From Heptranchias perlo (Eukaryota): DNA of 64,000 nt. A program made the position numbers and the translations under genes. Below the pieces are notes generated by a model. The model was not told the origin of the DNA and searched no databases. It saw only the letters and a program-made list of their open reading frames with translations. Location: the NCBI RefSeq assembly GCF_035084215.1, contig NC_090340.1, positions 5,332,001 to 5,396,000 of the forward strand. Direction: 5' to 3'. Positions 1 through 14,463 of the stretch are shown here, piece after piece (position 1 is the stretch's first letter; each line of letters starts with the position of its first letter).

Positions 1-3000
1 GTGGTGACCAGAATTGTACACAGTACTCAAGCTGTGGTCTAACCAATGTTTTATACAATTCCAGCATAACCTCCCAGCTCTTATATTCTATACCTCGGCT
101 AATAAAGGAAACTATTCTATATGCCTTCTTAACCACTTTATTTACCTGTCCTGCTATCTTCAGGGATCTGTGGACATGCAATCCAAGGCCCCTCACTTCC
201 TCTACACCTTTCAGTATCCTCCCATTTATGATGTACTCCCTTGCCTTGTTTGCCCTCTTCAAATGTATTACCTCACACTTCTCTGAGTTGAATTCCATTT
301 GCCAATTTTCTGCCCACCTGACCAGTCCATTGATATCTTGTTGCAACCTACAGCTTTCCTCCTCATTACCAAACACACGGCCAATTTTTGTGTCGTCTGG
401 AAACTTCTTAATCATGCCCCCTATTTTTAAGTTCAAAACATTAATAGATATCACAAATAGCTTGGGACCCAGTTCTGAGCCCTGTGGAACTCCACTGGAA
501 ACAGCCTTCCAGTCAGAAAAGCACCTGTCGACCGTTACCCTTAGATTCCTGCCACTGAGCGAATTTTAGATCCAACTTGCCACTTTCCGTTGGATGCCAT
601 GGGCATATACTTCTTCACCAGTCTGCCATGTGGGACCTTGTCAAAAGCCTTGCTAAAATCCATATAGACTTTCACAAACGTGCTACTCTCATCGACCCTC
701 CTTGTTACCTCCTCAAAAAATTCCATCAAGTTAATCAAACATGACCTTCCCTTCACAAATTCATGCTGACTGTCCTTGATTACTCGGTGCATTTCTAAGT
801 GACGGCTTATTCTATCCCTCAGAATTGATTCCAATAATCTGCCCACAACCGAGGTTAGGCTGACTGGTCTGTAACCACTCGGTCTATTCCTCGCTCCCCT
901 TTTAAACAATGATACTATATTAGCAGTCCTCCAATCCTCCAGCACCACGCCAGTATCCAGTGAAGATTGGAAAATGATGGTTAAAGCCTCCGTTATTTCC
1001 TCCCTTGCTTCTTTTAACAGCCTGGGATACATTTTATCCGGACCTGGCAATTCATTTACTTTCAACGATGCTAAACCACTTAATATTTCTTCTCTCACTA
1101 TGTTTATCCCATATAATATTTCACACCCCTCCTCCTTAACTACAAAGTCTGCATTGTCCCTCTCTTTTGTGAAGACACACCAACGTATTAATTAAGAACC
1201 ATACCAACATTTCCCGCCTCAACACATAGGCTACCTTTTTGGTCTCCAATAGGCCTTACTCTTTCCTTAGTTATCCTCTTGCTCTTGATGTATTTATAAA
1301 AAATCCTTGGGTTTTCCTTGAGTTTGCTTGCCAATATATTTTCGTGCCCTGTCTTTGTTTTCCTAATTTCCTTTTAAATTTCAACCCTGCACTTTTTATA
1401 CCCCTCCAGGCTATCTGTAGTATTGAGTTCTCGGGTCTGACATAAGCTATTCTTTTCTTCCTTATCTTACTCTGCATGCTCCTTGACATCCAGGAGGCTC
1501 TCGGTTTGGCAGCTCCACCCTTTATCTTTGTGGGAACATGTTTACTCTGCACCCCTTGACTCTTCCCCTTAAATGCCTCCCTGTACTCTGACATTGATTT
1601 ATCCACAAGTAGCTGCTTCCAGTCCACTTTTGCTAAATTACTTTCTGGCTTAGTAAAATTCGTCTTTCCCCAATTGATAACTTTAACTCCTGTTCTGTCC
1701 TTGACCTTTTTCTATAACTATGCTAAAACTAACTGAATTATGATCACTACCACCAAAATGCTCTCCTTCCACCTGCCCAGCCTCATTATCTAAAACTAAA
1801 TCCACAACTGCCATCCCTTGTTGGGCTTCCAACGTACTGACTAAAAAAAGTTCTCCTGAATGCAATTCAAGAATTTTGCACCCTTTATACCCTTCGCACT
1901 GCTAGTGTTCCAGTTACTATTAGGGTAGTTGAAATCCCCTACTATTACTGCCCTACTGTTTTTGCACTTCTCAGAAATTTGCCTACATATTTGCTCCTCT
2001 ATCTCACTTTGACTGTTTGGGGGTCTATAATACATTCCCAGTATTGTGACTGTCCGTTTCTTTATTCCGTAACTCAACCCATTTGGCCTCATTTGATGTT
2101 CCTTCTCACATATCATCCTTCCTCACAGTTGTAATTGCTTTTTTTAAAAACAAAATTGCCACTCCCCCTTCATTTTTATCGCCTTCTCTATCTCGTCTGA
2201 AAACCATGTAACCAGGAACGTTGAGCTGCCATTCCGGCCCCTCTTTAAGCCATAATACTGTAGTAGCTAAGATATCATATTGCCACGTATCTATCTGCGC
2301 CCTCAGCTCATCTACCTTATTCACTATACTCCTTGCATTCAGATATAAACCTTTAAGCACTGCCAAACTCCTTTGCTGTTTATTTTGTAACCTTTATTTG
2401 CTCTGCATTTATCAGTCAATAACTATTTTAATGCCTTCTATCTCCAGTTCTGATTCCGTCCTTTTGATTCTACACTGAGGTTCCTATCCTCCTGCCAAGC
2501 TACTTTAAACCCTCCCCAACAGCACTAGCAAACCTCCCAGCAAGGGTATTGGTCCAGACCTTCTTGAGGTGCAACCCATCGGGCTTGTACAAGTCCTATC
2601 TCCCCCAGAACCGGTCCCAATGCCCCAGGAATTTAAAATCCTCCCTCCTGCACTTCTCCAGCCACATATTCATCTGTTGTATCCTCCTATTGCTATTCTC
2701 ACTAGCGCTTGGCACCGGTAATAATTGGAGATGACTACCTTTGAGGTCCTGCTTCTTAGTCTCTTTCCTAACTCCTTAAAATATTTCTGCAGGACCTCAT
2801 CCCCCTTTCTACCTATGTTGTTGGTACAGATATGGACCACGACCTCTGGCTGTTCACCCTCCCCCTCCAGGACGTTCTTCAGCTGCTCAGTGACATCCTT
2901 GACCCTGGCAACAGTAAGGCAACATACCATTCTGGACTCATGTCTGCAGCCGCAGAAGCGCCTGTCTGTTCCTCTAACTATAGAATCCCCTATCACTATT

Positions 3001-3620
3001 GCCCTGCTGACCTTCCTCCTCCCTTCCTGTACAGCTGAGCCACTCATGATGCAATGGTCTTGGCTCTGGTTGCACTCTGCAAAGGAACCCTCTCCCTCAT
3101 CAGTATTCAGAATTGAATACTGGTTAGAGAGTGAGATGCACTCAGGGGACCCTTGCACTATCTGCCAGGTCCTCCTTGTCTGCCTGGCTCGAGCTCCTCC
3201 AGCTGACGGCACGTGCTGCAGCTGTGGCTGTCCAGGACAGGAGAAGCGTCCTCGTTTTCCCACATGGCACAGGATGTGCATTCCACGGTTCTGAGCTGCC
3301 CTGCCATGCCTCGATTTATTAGATTCTGAACTAAACTTAATCGAAATTAAGTAAAGACTTAAAAAAATTCACCAACTACCCACCAATCACAGAAGAGAAA
3401 GAACAGTAATACTCACCAACCAATCAACTACCTGGATTCCTTTGACGTCACTCTTTCAAATGTCTGCCTGTGGTGAGTGATCAAACCTCTCTCCTCCCGC
3501 TCGAAATCTCGATCTCGAGCCTTCTCTATTAAACCTCTCCTCCCGCTGGAACTCTCGATTTCATGCCTCCTCTTCATGCCACTTTCCTCCCGCTCTGAAG
3601 GGAAAAACAAGACAGCAATG
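1..3620 (-). mobile_element. Near full-length degenerate CR1 LINE (ORF1 SGNH esterase, APE endonuclease, RT; 3' end runs off the window)
   Basis: ORF1 AIVIGDSIVRG...VVVHICTNNI (2670-3281). Endonuclease YLNARSI, YYRPP, VGDFNYP (1841-2366). RT YRPVSLTS, YMDFSKAFDKVPH (541-1098). Many frameshifts. Confidence 0.95.
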
Positions 3621-5348
3621 AAAAGGGGCCGATGTGAGAATTTTGAAATTAGATGACTTGTTGTCAACTGGCGGTGTCGAATGATTGGTTAACTTTTGTT
3701 GTAAGTCATTTGAATAATATTATGTAAAGCGATATGTCTTTCCAATCAATTAAAATCTGTCCAAAAAAATCTGTTTCTCATTTTACAAAATTGACAATCA
3801 AGAACCACAGTTCAAAAATACAACCAATCAAATAGTGCCAACAAATAATTTCAGTCGCCAAGAGAGTGGCTCCATTCCCCAACCATCCCCCAAACCTCAA
3901 TTCAATCGTGCTCCCTGCCTGGACCTGTGACTCGAAGCCCCGATCCTTCGAGGTTCAGGCCTTTCTTTTCGGTCCACACCGTTTTATTCCCTGTCTGCTA
4001 TGTGACCGATTCCTCAGGTTTCCAAGCCAAGGCATCGGTCTCCAGTCGACTTCTGTGCCCAGACCCTAGTTTCAGTTTTCCTGCTACCTCTCAGCTCGAA
4101 TTCCAGTTTCCGCAAAGGATTTTCTATCTTCAACTTTTACTTCTGCTGCAGATAGGCATGTTCCGCCCCTCTCCCACGGAGAAACTGACATAAATGGCAG
4201 CTGATGGGGGGTGGGGCAGATCGGGGCCATACCCGATTAACTTTAAGACCCAGCTCTCTATCGGCCCGTTTACAAAATGGACTGAGCATTGACCAAGTGT
4301 TCAATCTTTTTTCACTATTCGCGGTGAACTGATCTAATCAGAAACACTGAAAAATGGGAAATAAATCTTCTTAGTGATCAAGAAATTGTGATTTACTACT
4401 TCACACACATTACGAATGCCTGGAAATCTTTGGTCAAGATAAGCCTGAATTGCCTTATCCCGTAAAACATGTTTTGGGTTTATTGTCGTCTTAATTGGCA
4501 GCCCATACCTATACTGAAAGCTTGCCTTCGAAAGCCTCAAGGTACATGGGAGATAAATTAGTTCAAATGGTTAGAATATCAGCAGATATTATTTATGGTG
4601 AAATACTTAAATACTAATGACAACAAAATGAAACCTGCGTTCATACATTGAAGGATACTGCTCTATTGAAACAATGCTCATAACTTTGGAAAATAAAATT
4701 AATTGTGGTTTCTTTCTACAGCCTTTGAGGGTGTTTTAGCTGCAGCTAAATTTTAGAATAACAACGTGCAAGAGTAAAAGCATTGGGCTGTGTTTAAAAT
4801 CTTATTAGATTGTATCAAGATGTGATATTGCCGCATTTAAACAATCAGGTTCGGAAAACAATGGACCGCGGTGAAAAAAAAATGCAAAGAAGTCTTCCCA
4901 TTTAGGAACAGGATGATGGACGTATTCTGGACTTTCATTTAACCCCAACACCTGGGGCACGTGCAGGTATTTCCGCTGATGACGATTTGCTCACATAATG
5001 CACTCCGCATTATTAACTAGAGAATTAAAGGTGGTGCGGACCTCAATAACATGCTTATCAAAGTGAACCATCCGCCATGTAACCCATATATCAATTGAAT
5101 ATTTTCGTGTGAAAGTTTAAAAAAAAATAACGGATAGTTTAAGTAGTGAATATGCCCTTCTCCTTTAACAGTGAGATTTTAGTAATGAATCAGGCACTTT
5201 GATCATTAAAAAGGAGGATAAATGGACCAATAGAATTTTCACTTATGCCTCAGATAACTCTCTCTCTCAGACGAGTGTTTATGAAGTGTTAACTGTAACC
5301 ATATTACTGTAATGTTAGTTGGCTATGGATTTCGCGTAGCCTCCTAAA

Positions 5349-6312
5349 TACCGCCCTCCATGTTGAGTACCAGTTGGAGGAAGCACTGAGGGTAGCCAGG
5401 GCACAGAATTTACTCTGGGTGGGGGACTTCAATATCCTTCACCAAGACTGACTGAGCTGGCCGAGTTCTGATGGGCATAGCTGCCAGACTGGGCCTGCGG
5501 CAGGTGGTCAGCGAACCAACTCGAGGGAAACATCTACATGAACTCGTCCTCACCAATCTACCTGTCGCAGATGCATCTGTCCATGACAGTATTGGTAGGA
5601 GTGACCACCGCACAGTCCTCGTGGAGACGAAGTCCCCTCTTCGCACTGTGGACACCATCCAACGTGTTGTGTGGCACTAACACCGTGCTAAATGGAATAG
5701 GTTCAGAACAGATGTAGCAGCTCAAAACTGGGCATCCGTGAGGCATTGTGGGCCATCAGCAGCAGCAGAATTGTATTCCAGCACAATCTGTAACGTCAAG
5801 GCCCGTCATATTCCTCACTCTACCATTACCAACAAACCAGGGGATCAACCCTGGTTCAATGAGGAGTTCAGAAGAGCATGCCAGAAGCAATTTCAGGCGT
5901 ACCAAAAAAATAGGTCCCAAACTGGTGCAGCTACAACTCAGGACTACATGCATGCTAAACAGAAGAAGCAACATGCTATAGACAGAGCTAAGCAATCCCA
6001 CAACCAACGGATCAGATCAAAGCTCTGCAGTCCTGTCACATCCAGTCGTGAAAGGTGGTAGACAATTAAACAACTAATGGGAGGAGGAGGCTCTGTAAAC
6101 ATTCCCATCCGCAATGATGGCGGAGTCCAGCACGTGAGTGCAAAAGACAAGGATGAATTGTTTGTAACCATCTTCAGCAAGAAGTGCCGAGTGGACGATC
6201 CATCTCAGCCCCCTCCCGATATCCCCACCATCACAGAAGCCATTATTCAGGCAATTCGATTCACTCCACATGATATCAAGGAACGACTGGATGCACTGGA
6301 TAGAGCAAAGGC
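5349..6312 (+). mobile_element. Fragment of the second ('family B') LINE, endonuclease to linker region
   Basis: LRQVVSEPTRG...GRSDHRTVLV and PGDQPWFNEE; colinear with 61170-62130 on -. Confidence 0.9.
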
Positions 6313-6934
6313 GGAGTGTGACGAATATGATTGGTGAGCTGCTGACACGAGGTTCCACGAGAGGTTATGATATTGTGCAAAAAGGAAAAATGGCTCATAC
6401 AAGGACATGGATAGGAAGTTAAAATTCATGGCTACAATATCCTTATTTAGAAGAAATAGGGAGCAAAGAAAATGAGGAGTGGCATTATTGATCAAAGATA
6501 CTAGTACAACCCTAAAAAGGACGACGTGCTGAAGAGTTCAAAGAGAGAATTGTGCATGGCCTACGCATGGCAATAGATCGTCTGCCCGTTATACATTCCA
6601 TTTTATTTTCCTTTCTATTAATTTAACCGAGACTACTAAATGAGGATAACATTCAACTTCGGAGGGTGTGCAAGATGGGCGGTGGTGGAGGATGCTTGAA
6701 ACATACGCATCACACCCACAATATATCGTCCACCACAGCAACTCTGCTGGACCTTCCATCATCCAATAAGGTACATACATCTCACTGATCATCACTGATA
6801 TACATTGATAAACATGCCACCTACATTGTGGGGTCAATAACTTCTGCTGCCACGGAAACACAATGCCAACGACATCATAATATCAAACGGCGTTACGTTT
6901 GACAATCATAACCTCCCAGGTTAATCTTGGAGAA

Positions 6935-7070
6935 CCGGGAGAACCTTCACCACACGGATGCAGCGGTTCAAGAAGGCGGATCACCACCACCTTCTCAAGG
7001 GCAATTATGGATGGGCAATAAATGCTCGCCTTGCCATCGACGCCCACATCACATGAATGAATAAAACAAA
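6935..7070 (+). mobile_element. Isolated 3' tail of family-B LINE
   Basis: GCAGCGGTTCAAGAAGGCGG...GGGCAATAAATGC...GCCCACATC matches the tails at 34140-34258 and 49660-49770. Confidence 0.9.
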
Positions 7071-8119
7071 GTGTTAACCCGTAGTGCTTTTCTTACTTGT
7101 TGTTACTTTCGTTATCCTACTATTACTACAAAGAGCTCTACTACTGGTATCAACATGGGAGGTGGAAATCTGCCGAGGCTCAGATGCGGGCTTCTCCGAT
7201 GCTTGTAGTCAGTGACGTCGAAGACCTTGGACCTTGCCTGTATGCAAACGGCAGCATCTCAGGTATTGATTGAAGGGGAGGCGTGACAGTCAGCATCTTA
7301 TCCTTGTGATAAAGGGCAAAGTATATCACTCACATTGAAAATCTTCCACTACCACGTGATTGCGGCTCATCACTCCCACTGACCTGCGTGAGAGCAGATT
7401 GGAGGAGATCCTTGATGCACTTGCAACCTTTATCAATATTTCCCCCCAGCCTTTCGAATGTTGAAAAGATGGTGGAGACCAGTGCCTGGGTGACGCAAGT
7501 TTAATCACCCATGAGAGATGCTTTTGCCTGTGTCACACACTCCCAGAAAGAAAAGCCAGTTGAAACGTCCAAAGAGATGCTCTATACACTCTATGATAGA
7601 CTGTGACCTTTTGCTGCTTTGAACCAGAACACCACATCAACTGGAAGCAGGGTCCCCTACGATTGACATGGAGTGGTGAGCTCTTAGCGAATGTCCAATA
7701 CGTCAAACAATTACTGGTGCACATGAAACTTCATTATTTTGAATACAGGGCTTCGAAAAACTGTATCTCAGTACTCTTCAGCAAAGCTAGGACCTCAATT
7801 TGCCCTCGGGTCAAGCCTCTCCTGGCCCGTTATCACCAGCTCACGCTCTCTAGTGCTGAGTGAATCATCCTGAACACACTCTTCTAATTTAGTATGTATA
7901 CCACCCAAGTTTTTGGTTTGTGTGATGGTGCTTATAACAGTTGGAGGGATTGACGGTGCATGTTTACGAGGGAGTCATCGAATGGATCTGGAAACAAGAC
8001 GGGCAGGGCAAGGGTCAGAATATAATGGGAATGGTATGCAGTCGGAGTTCAGTAGCAGCGCAACTCGGCTCCAGGTAACAATAATGCCTCGCTGTATGTT
8101 TACGATAAGAGAAAATGCA

Positions 8120-8815
8120 CGGGACATAGACAGGCATCTTACTACATTTGGCCTCCAATTCTGGGCACCAATACTCAGGAAGGATATATTGGGATTGGGG
8201 GCGCTGCAGCTCAGGGGTACCGGAATGACACAAGGACCTAATATGTTAATTTATGAGGATGGTTTGCATGAAGTCGGATTAGTCATTCTTCATTCAAACG
8301 TAGATGACCTAACACTCCCCCACATTGAACTCCATCTGCTACAATTTTGCCCACTCACGTCGTCTGTCCACGTGTCTTTATAACTTCCTGCTCCCATTTG
8401 CACAATTTACTGTTCCTCCGAACTTAGTGTAATCCGCAAACTTTGATATACAGCTCTACGTTCCTTGAACCAAGTCACTGATATATATATTGAAAAGATA
8501 AGGCCCCAATGCAGGTCGCTGGGAAACGCCACTTGTTGCATCCTACTATCAGAGTACATTCCCTTTATTTCTGCTTTGTCACTGTCCTCCAAATCAATTA
8601 CCTCCAATTCCCCGCCCTTTTATGTTTGCGAATCATTTATTGAGCAGAACCTTATTAAATGATTTCTGCAGTCCCATATAGATAACATCCATTGACACTC
8701 CCGTTTCCTCCATGCTAGTGCCCTCCTCAAAAGCACCACCTCCTTGACAAATCTTTTCTGAATCTGTTTAATCAGTTCATTGTTGTTCAAATGCTCCGTA
8801 ACTCTAACCATGATG
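8120..8815. mobile_element. Decayed CR1 RT fragments in both orientations
   Basis: QFWAPILRKDI-like sequence on + (about 8150); RT-like sequence on - (about 8290-8810). Confidence 0.7.
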
Positions 8816-11729
8816 ATAGGTATCTCACAGAAAAGTGGCTGGAAGCTTTAGCATACTCTGTTGGTGGACCATTATGAGCGAAACTGTTCTGCAGCACTGC
8901 CACACAAAATGCTCCTCTCGTTTGCTTAACATTCTCGCCCACCAACAACGACCCCCCTCCCCCCACACCTACTACCCCGCGAGCAGCCCGAATGAACCGC
9001 CTCTGCTGATGGGCTGTTCGCCTGCTCCCATCCTCGTCCTCGGCGAGCTGTCTATCGGCGCTCGCTTAGGAAGATGAAAGCATTGTAATTGCTAGGCTAA
9101 AAAAGACCAAGCTCAATATAGATCACCTTCTGCCACCCTGATAGTCGATTGGTGGGCGAATGTGGTTATTAAGCAACCGTGAGGAGCATTTTCTTGTGGC
9201 AGTGCAGTATAGCAGTTATGCTACGTGATAAAATGACAATGGAGTTATTGACTAATCATAGCAACCAGTTTCCATCAATTAGTCGACAACAGACCTGTTG
9301 GCCTCATTCGTTTAAAAGAGGCCCGACCTTGAAAATGGCTCGATTCTCTTGCGGGGGCTGGGGGGCGTTCGGCTGACTCCGCCAACAAAGTCGACCCCAT
9401 CACATCAAATCGCATCCTATTAGTTTCGGAGAGTTCCACGTTGGATTATGTTTGCACTACTTGTCTTCAATGCAGATCGACGCATTCCAGTTTATTACTC
9501 CTCATTGCTCCATTTGGCCAAGATAAAATAATCCAAATTCAATGATATATTTACTCGATCTCAATTTCATAAAGTTTGGGATCCACCCTTTCCTTTACTA
9601 TACTGCGGAATAGATCCTCTTTGTATATAAATGTGTTTCTTCTTTTGTGGAATGCGAATTTTCCCAGGTTTTTGCCCTCCCCTCCATTTAGGCTTCCATT
9701 TATTATGCGTTTCCATCTGTTGCATCGTCTGCCCCCTTTCGCTTTCTATAGAAGGCTATTGTTTCTTCTTGTTTATGTTTGCCGCTTGTTGCATCGCTGA
9801 TGAAAAGATTCTACTCTGTACATTTCGTACTGGGCCTACTCTTTTACTTTCTTAACGTCCTCCTTTTACCGCACTCCTGGGCTTCTTGGCCTTGCTGTAA
9901 ACTACAGTGTTTCTTATCTTGCCAATATGTTGCAGATTGATCCCAGAGATTTATTGATACTGAGTATCCAAATGCCTGTACCAGACCGCTTATTGTTAAC
10001 ATTGACGATTTCATTTTTATCCTATGTGAATTTCTAAATTGTTTGTAATGTTTGCTTGTTGCCATATATATTTATTGCCATGTTGTTACAGCAGAAAGTT
10101 TAAAATAACAGGTTTAAAATTGATCTACTGTCCTTCTACTTGTTGTCAAGGAGATTGGTCCCTAAATAATGTTTTTTTTTCTTGTGAAATTGTATGTATT
10201 GCAGATTCTGAGTGCCCAAAATATTGTATGCTCTCTATTTCTTGCATTCATGGTCGGAAATATTCATCTTTCTTTAGCCGTTTTTGTCAACGAAATGAGT
10301 CTGAGAAGGCCTCGGAATTTGAGTCAATTGGAGGAAGGATCTACATTTTTAAGGGAATGTTGATTACAATCCATGGGCCACAAGTTTTGAACCCTTTTTT
10401 TTATTTTCAATTACCCGTGAGGAGCCATCATAAAGGCAATATATTCAATAAGGAAATGGGTTTCCTAAGTCAGGCTATCATTTTACTTATTTCCCTTGAA
10501 GGATGACAAATAGAGGGATGCCAATTAGCCCAGGCAGCAACAGAGGCAGATTAAGCCAACCTACTGGTGCCCTCTAACCACAGTAAAAGTCAGATGCGCA
10601 CCTACTTGACAATTATTGTGCAGAACTAGTTAACTGGTTGACAATTACCCAATTGCTGAGGAATGGAACTGCGGCTAACGTGTCGTAGGGCTGACACTTG
10701 CAGAGGCAGCAATTGTCAATTACAGTCTCAGTTTTTTTGCTGTGCCTCCTTCTAGCTATTCTACATTGTGGAGGGTGTCCTCGAATGGAGAACATAATCC
10801 TCACTTGGACAGCCATCACAGGGGTTTGGGCGTGAAGTGTTGCGTCACTCTAACACGTGGCCACAGTTTCAGTTTGACGCCTCCACAATTGCCTCATTGT
10901 GGCAACCAGGAGTTTTCGTCACCTAAACAGCCTTTCCAAAGAGTGAAATATACATTATAATATTAGAAGGCTCTGTAATTGTGACTAAGAATTTCCACGT
11001 GACGCTCCTTAATTGCAAGTGACTTTATTTTCTATAATTACCCATCAATAATTGCAAAACTTATTGAACCAATATAGACCAGAAGCTTGCCCATATTATA
11101 AGGTATGGCCACAATTTCAGGCGATCCCAGCACTGAAAACGCCTAGCAGTGAAAATATACGGCTCCATTCATGTCTGATTCGAAGCTGGATCACATCTCC
11201 CTCACTGTCTTCAATAGCTGCAGCAACACATTTTCGCATAAATAAATTATTAACCTGGATATACCTCAGTTGATTCTGCTGCACTGGATTTACTTCATTT
11301 GATATGCAGCGGAAACCTTGGTCGGTCACATTTCCGATGAAGTGACGCCGGCGGTGCGGGGGCAGTTGCGAGGAATTTCTACTGCGTGCAATAGCTTGTG
11401 ACGGCTTGTGTGGTGTTAAATTGTCCACTATTTTAGCCATTAGCCAGTTTTACATTGAATCAACGTACCCGGTAAAATAATGCACAATGCCATGTCGAAA
11501 GCATTAAGCAAACTTAGCTCAATATCACATATTGTAACTTCTGCCCTGATTTGCTAATGCTTGCATCCAACGGAGAACTGATTCGATTTCGATTCCCATT
11601 ACTGAGTCACCAGCGGCACCTAACTCCCTGAACGGATTCCCCTGGAAACTGGGGCGAGGAGGTGCGAGACCATCTCCAGAACACACTGGCACGTGTTGGA
11701 AAGTGAGATCAAAAGCGGAAAATATATCT

Positions 11730-11960
11730 GAAGTGCTGAGAATCTGAAATAAAAACTAAAATGCTGAAAATCCACAGTCTGTCCGCTGGCATCTGAATTG
11801 AGAAAACAAAGTTAATTTTTTAAATGTTTGTTGGAGATCCCCCTCAAAAGTCCCTTCAGTTTTCATGAAGAATCTTTCCGCGAAACATTCAGCTCTATTT
11901 TCTCATTCCGTGTATTAACCAGACTGTTACGTGCTTCCAGCAATTTGGTTATTTTCATTA
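11730..11960. repeat. Decayed palindromic Penelope-like terminal repeat with a hammerhead-core remnant
   Basis: Arms AATCTGAAATAAAAAC...AATGCTG and CAGCAATTTGGTTATTTTCA are imperfect inverted copies; TTCATGA-N13-GAAAC at 11862-11886 resembles the CTGATGA...GAAAC core. Confidence 0.55.
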
Positions 11961-12074
11961 TTATAATTGGTTCCGAAAGTTGAGGTTATCGCTCAATTTG
12001 AAGTTCTCACTATTTCTGCAGTAATTCATGTTTCTTCCTTGTCGATACAGTGGATAATTGTGGGAAAATATTCA

Positions 12075-12245
12075 GTGCAGGAAGCCCACTGAATATTATG
12101 CAATAGAAGAAACACATTTCAGGAATCCACAGAGACAGGATGACAAACGTCACTGTCACGTGTTGCGCGTTACACCACACGCAAAACATTCTTACAAACC
12201 AGGAGAGATCCATCGCCGTCAGCAAGAGACCTCTATTATTTTGTT
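12075..12245 (+). promoter_or_regulatory. Putative proximal promoter of the IgSF gene
   Basis: CAGGAAG (ETS-like), ACGTCA (CRE half-site), CACGTG (E-box) and ACCACA (RUNX) within about 180 bp of the ATG; motif matches only. Confidence 0.3.
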
Positions 12246-12249
12246 CATA

Positions 12250-12304
12250 ATGCTGAGAAGTAAGGCGGCTCTGTGTCTCTCCGTCTTGTGGATCATTTGC
12301 GCAG
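12250..12304 (+). CDS. IgSF receptor exon 1: signal peptide MLRSKAALCLSVLWIICA
   Basis: ATG at 12250, hydrophobic leader, phase-1 donor G|GTAGCT. Confidence 0.85.
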
Positions 12305-12444
12305 GTAGCTGTTTATTTTTTTTTACCCAGTTTCAATGTAAACAATGATTTCCTTATTATTCACATACATTCAGTTAAAATTCTCTGTTCTTGAATTTTT
12401 TTTTGTCCGTGGAATGTCATCTAACCAATTATATTTTTATATAG

Positions 12445-12765
12445 TTCCCGCCGATACTTCGATCGAAGTGACTCAACTTCCTGAAAGCGTGAACGCAGTC
12501 AAAGGTACAAACGTGACCTTTCATTGTTCAATTCCCTTCTTTCAAGATAACTCACAGGTGAGCATCGACTGGTGGAAAGAGGGTAAATATGAATACCTGA
12601 GTACATCAGGCGATAACAGAAAAGTGTCCGGTTTCAGTAGCAAATTCAGCGGTTATCTTCAGATTGTCAACGTGAGTTTCTCGGACGCCGGAATATATTA
12701 TTGCGCTGTCAAACATAAGGGAGATACAACTGGAAGCCGAGTTGGATCAAATTTAACTGTATGGG
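12445..12765 (+). CDS. IgSF receptor exon 2: germline-joined V(J)-type domain
   Basis: Acceptor TTTTTATATAG|. VTQLP, NVTFHC, IDWWK, LQIVNVSFSDAGIYYC, J-like GSRVGSNLTVW. Phase-1 donor G|GTAAG. Confidence 0.95.
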
Positions 12766-13664
12766 GTAAGTATAAAAATTGCAAAGAATGAACGATGCTA
12801 TTCTGACTCATAAAGTTCGTAGCAAATTGAACAAACGTCGGAGCACGATTGCAATGATTGTATCATATTTTACGCGACGGAACATTGATGTTTTAAAATA
12901 ATAGCAATGGAAATTAATTAATTTTAGACGTACACATTTTAATAATGTAACAGGGTAAAAATCAATATATTCTACCAAGCATTGCAGCATTTCATTAAAA
13001 TTTGGTGATTATAATAAACTGCAAATCCGTTGTTAAATTTAAACCAGAATTTGATATTACAGGTAAAAATGCATTTGTCACATAATGATATCTGGACTGC
13101 AGTGTTATATCTGTCCAGCTCAGCTGGAATAAACATAGCTATTAATTTATTTGATACTTTGCTCCGCGTTTGGAAGCCTGAACCTTCAGCAAATTCAATT
13201 CCTCGCAGTTGTTTATTCCAAGTGGGATTGCTTCACCAATCGATAGCGATGTCTTCTCTCCAATCCAAATTTGTGCAAAGCGGGATAATAAATCAAAACA
13301 ATTTTGCAAATGAAGGTTACCCCGAGCTACAATACAATGATTGTTTTTTGAAGTTGAGACGTTCCAGCCAGTAAACAACTATCGGCGGATATGCGTGAAA
13401 TTGTCCATTACTTTCTTCTTGTCCACACCCCCCCCCCCCCCACCCCATATACTGCTTTCTTTTTTCTTTTGGTTCATTAGAATTCACAGCATGTTCATTA
13501 TTTCCATACGTGCACTGAAAAAGTGGTATGTGTTAGTAAGCAAATGATAACAATATTTTGTAAAGCACAGAAATAAAATTAAGCTCTAATACTGATTTAA
13601 GCTATGACAGTCTGTCTATTAATAGTGATATTATTCTGTTTATGTTTTATGTTCTGTTTTATAG

Positions 13665-13976
13665 TACCTCCAACTGCATTGAAAACACTCTCCAAAGTAC
13701 CCGGAGGGGGTTCTTCTGCGTCCCTGACCCTCGTGTGCGAAGCGTTTGCATTTTACCCTGGGGTTGTAACGTTCGGCTGGTATAAAGATGGTATCGAAGT
13801 GACAACCGGGATACATGTCATTAAAAACCGAAAATCAGAGGGATTGTATGACGCTTCCAGCTATTTGGAAGAGCCAGACCCTGCTCAGAGCGGGACTATT
13901 TATATCTGTCTGGTTTCTCACATCACCTTGGAGACACCGGCCATTGTTACACACATTGTTACATATTCTGACGCAG
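13665..13976 (+). CDS. IgSF receptor exon 3: C1-set domain
   Basis: LVCEAFAFYP, FGWYKDG, GLYDASSYL, YICLVSH (YxCxVxH); phase 1-1 exon with canonical AG/GT. Confidence 0.95.
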
Positions 13977-14330
13977 GTAAAGAGGCCGACATTATAACCT
14001 CATTGATCATCAAGGACACCCTTCACGTTAATTCATAACACAATATTCTAAACTTGTTGCACGGAAAATGCCTTCAATATATAAATCAAAAGTTCTAATC
14101 CAATGATTAGATTAACCATAGATTTATTTGAACGTTTTAATAATTACTATATCAATGTTCGCAGATTGCGATAGAGAAGTGAAAAACGAAGAATTAATCT
14201 TACGAATGTATTACATTTCCTTCTCTTTTTCAATGATAAACATTCAGTTTTGTTGGTTCCGCTTGTGATTTTATTTTACATGTTCCTCTTTTTTTCCAAG
14301 AGCGGAGCAGCATTTATTCCCAGATTACGG

Positions 14331-14463
14331 TGGAGGTAGTTGTAACTTTTATTGCTGGGCAAGAGTGACAGCGAATCCGCAGCTCGTTTTACAGCTCGCT
14401 CGATTTTATTTTCCATTGAATTCAATTGCCCCCCCCCCCCACATTAAAGTTAAAATTACTCCA
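14331..14463. mobile_element. Short palindromic MITE-like element in intron 3
   Basis: Inverted termini TGGAGGTAGTTGTAACTTT and AAAGTTAAAATTACTCCA; internal CCATTGAATTCAAT. Confidence 0.55.

Noticed and set aside
10039-10506. 155-aa ORF as a gene
   Set aside because: No recognisable domain or splice context; AT-rich and likely decayed repeat.
12445-12791. Rearranging Ig/TCR V segment
   Set aside because: The G strand and splice donor are in the same exon, and no heptamer-nonamer follows the V.
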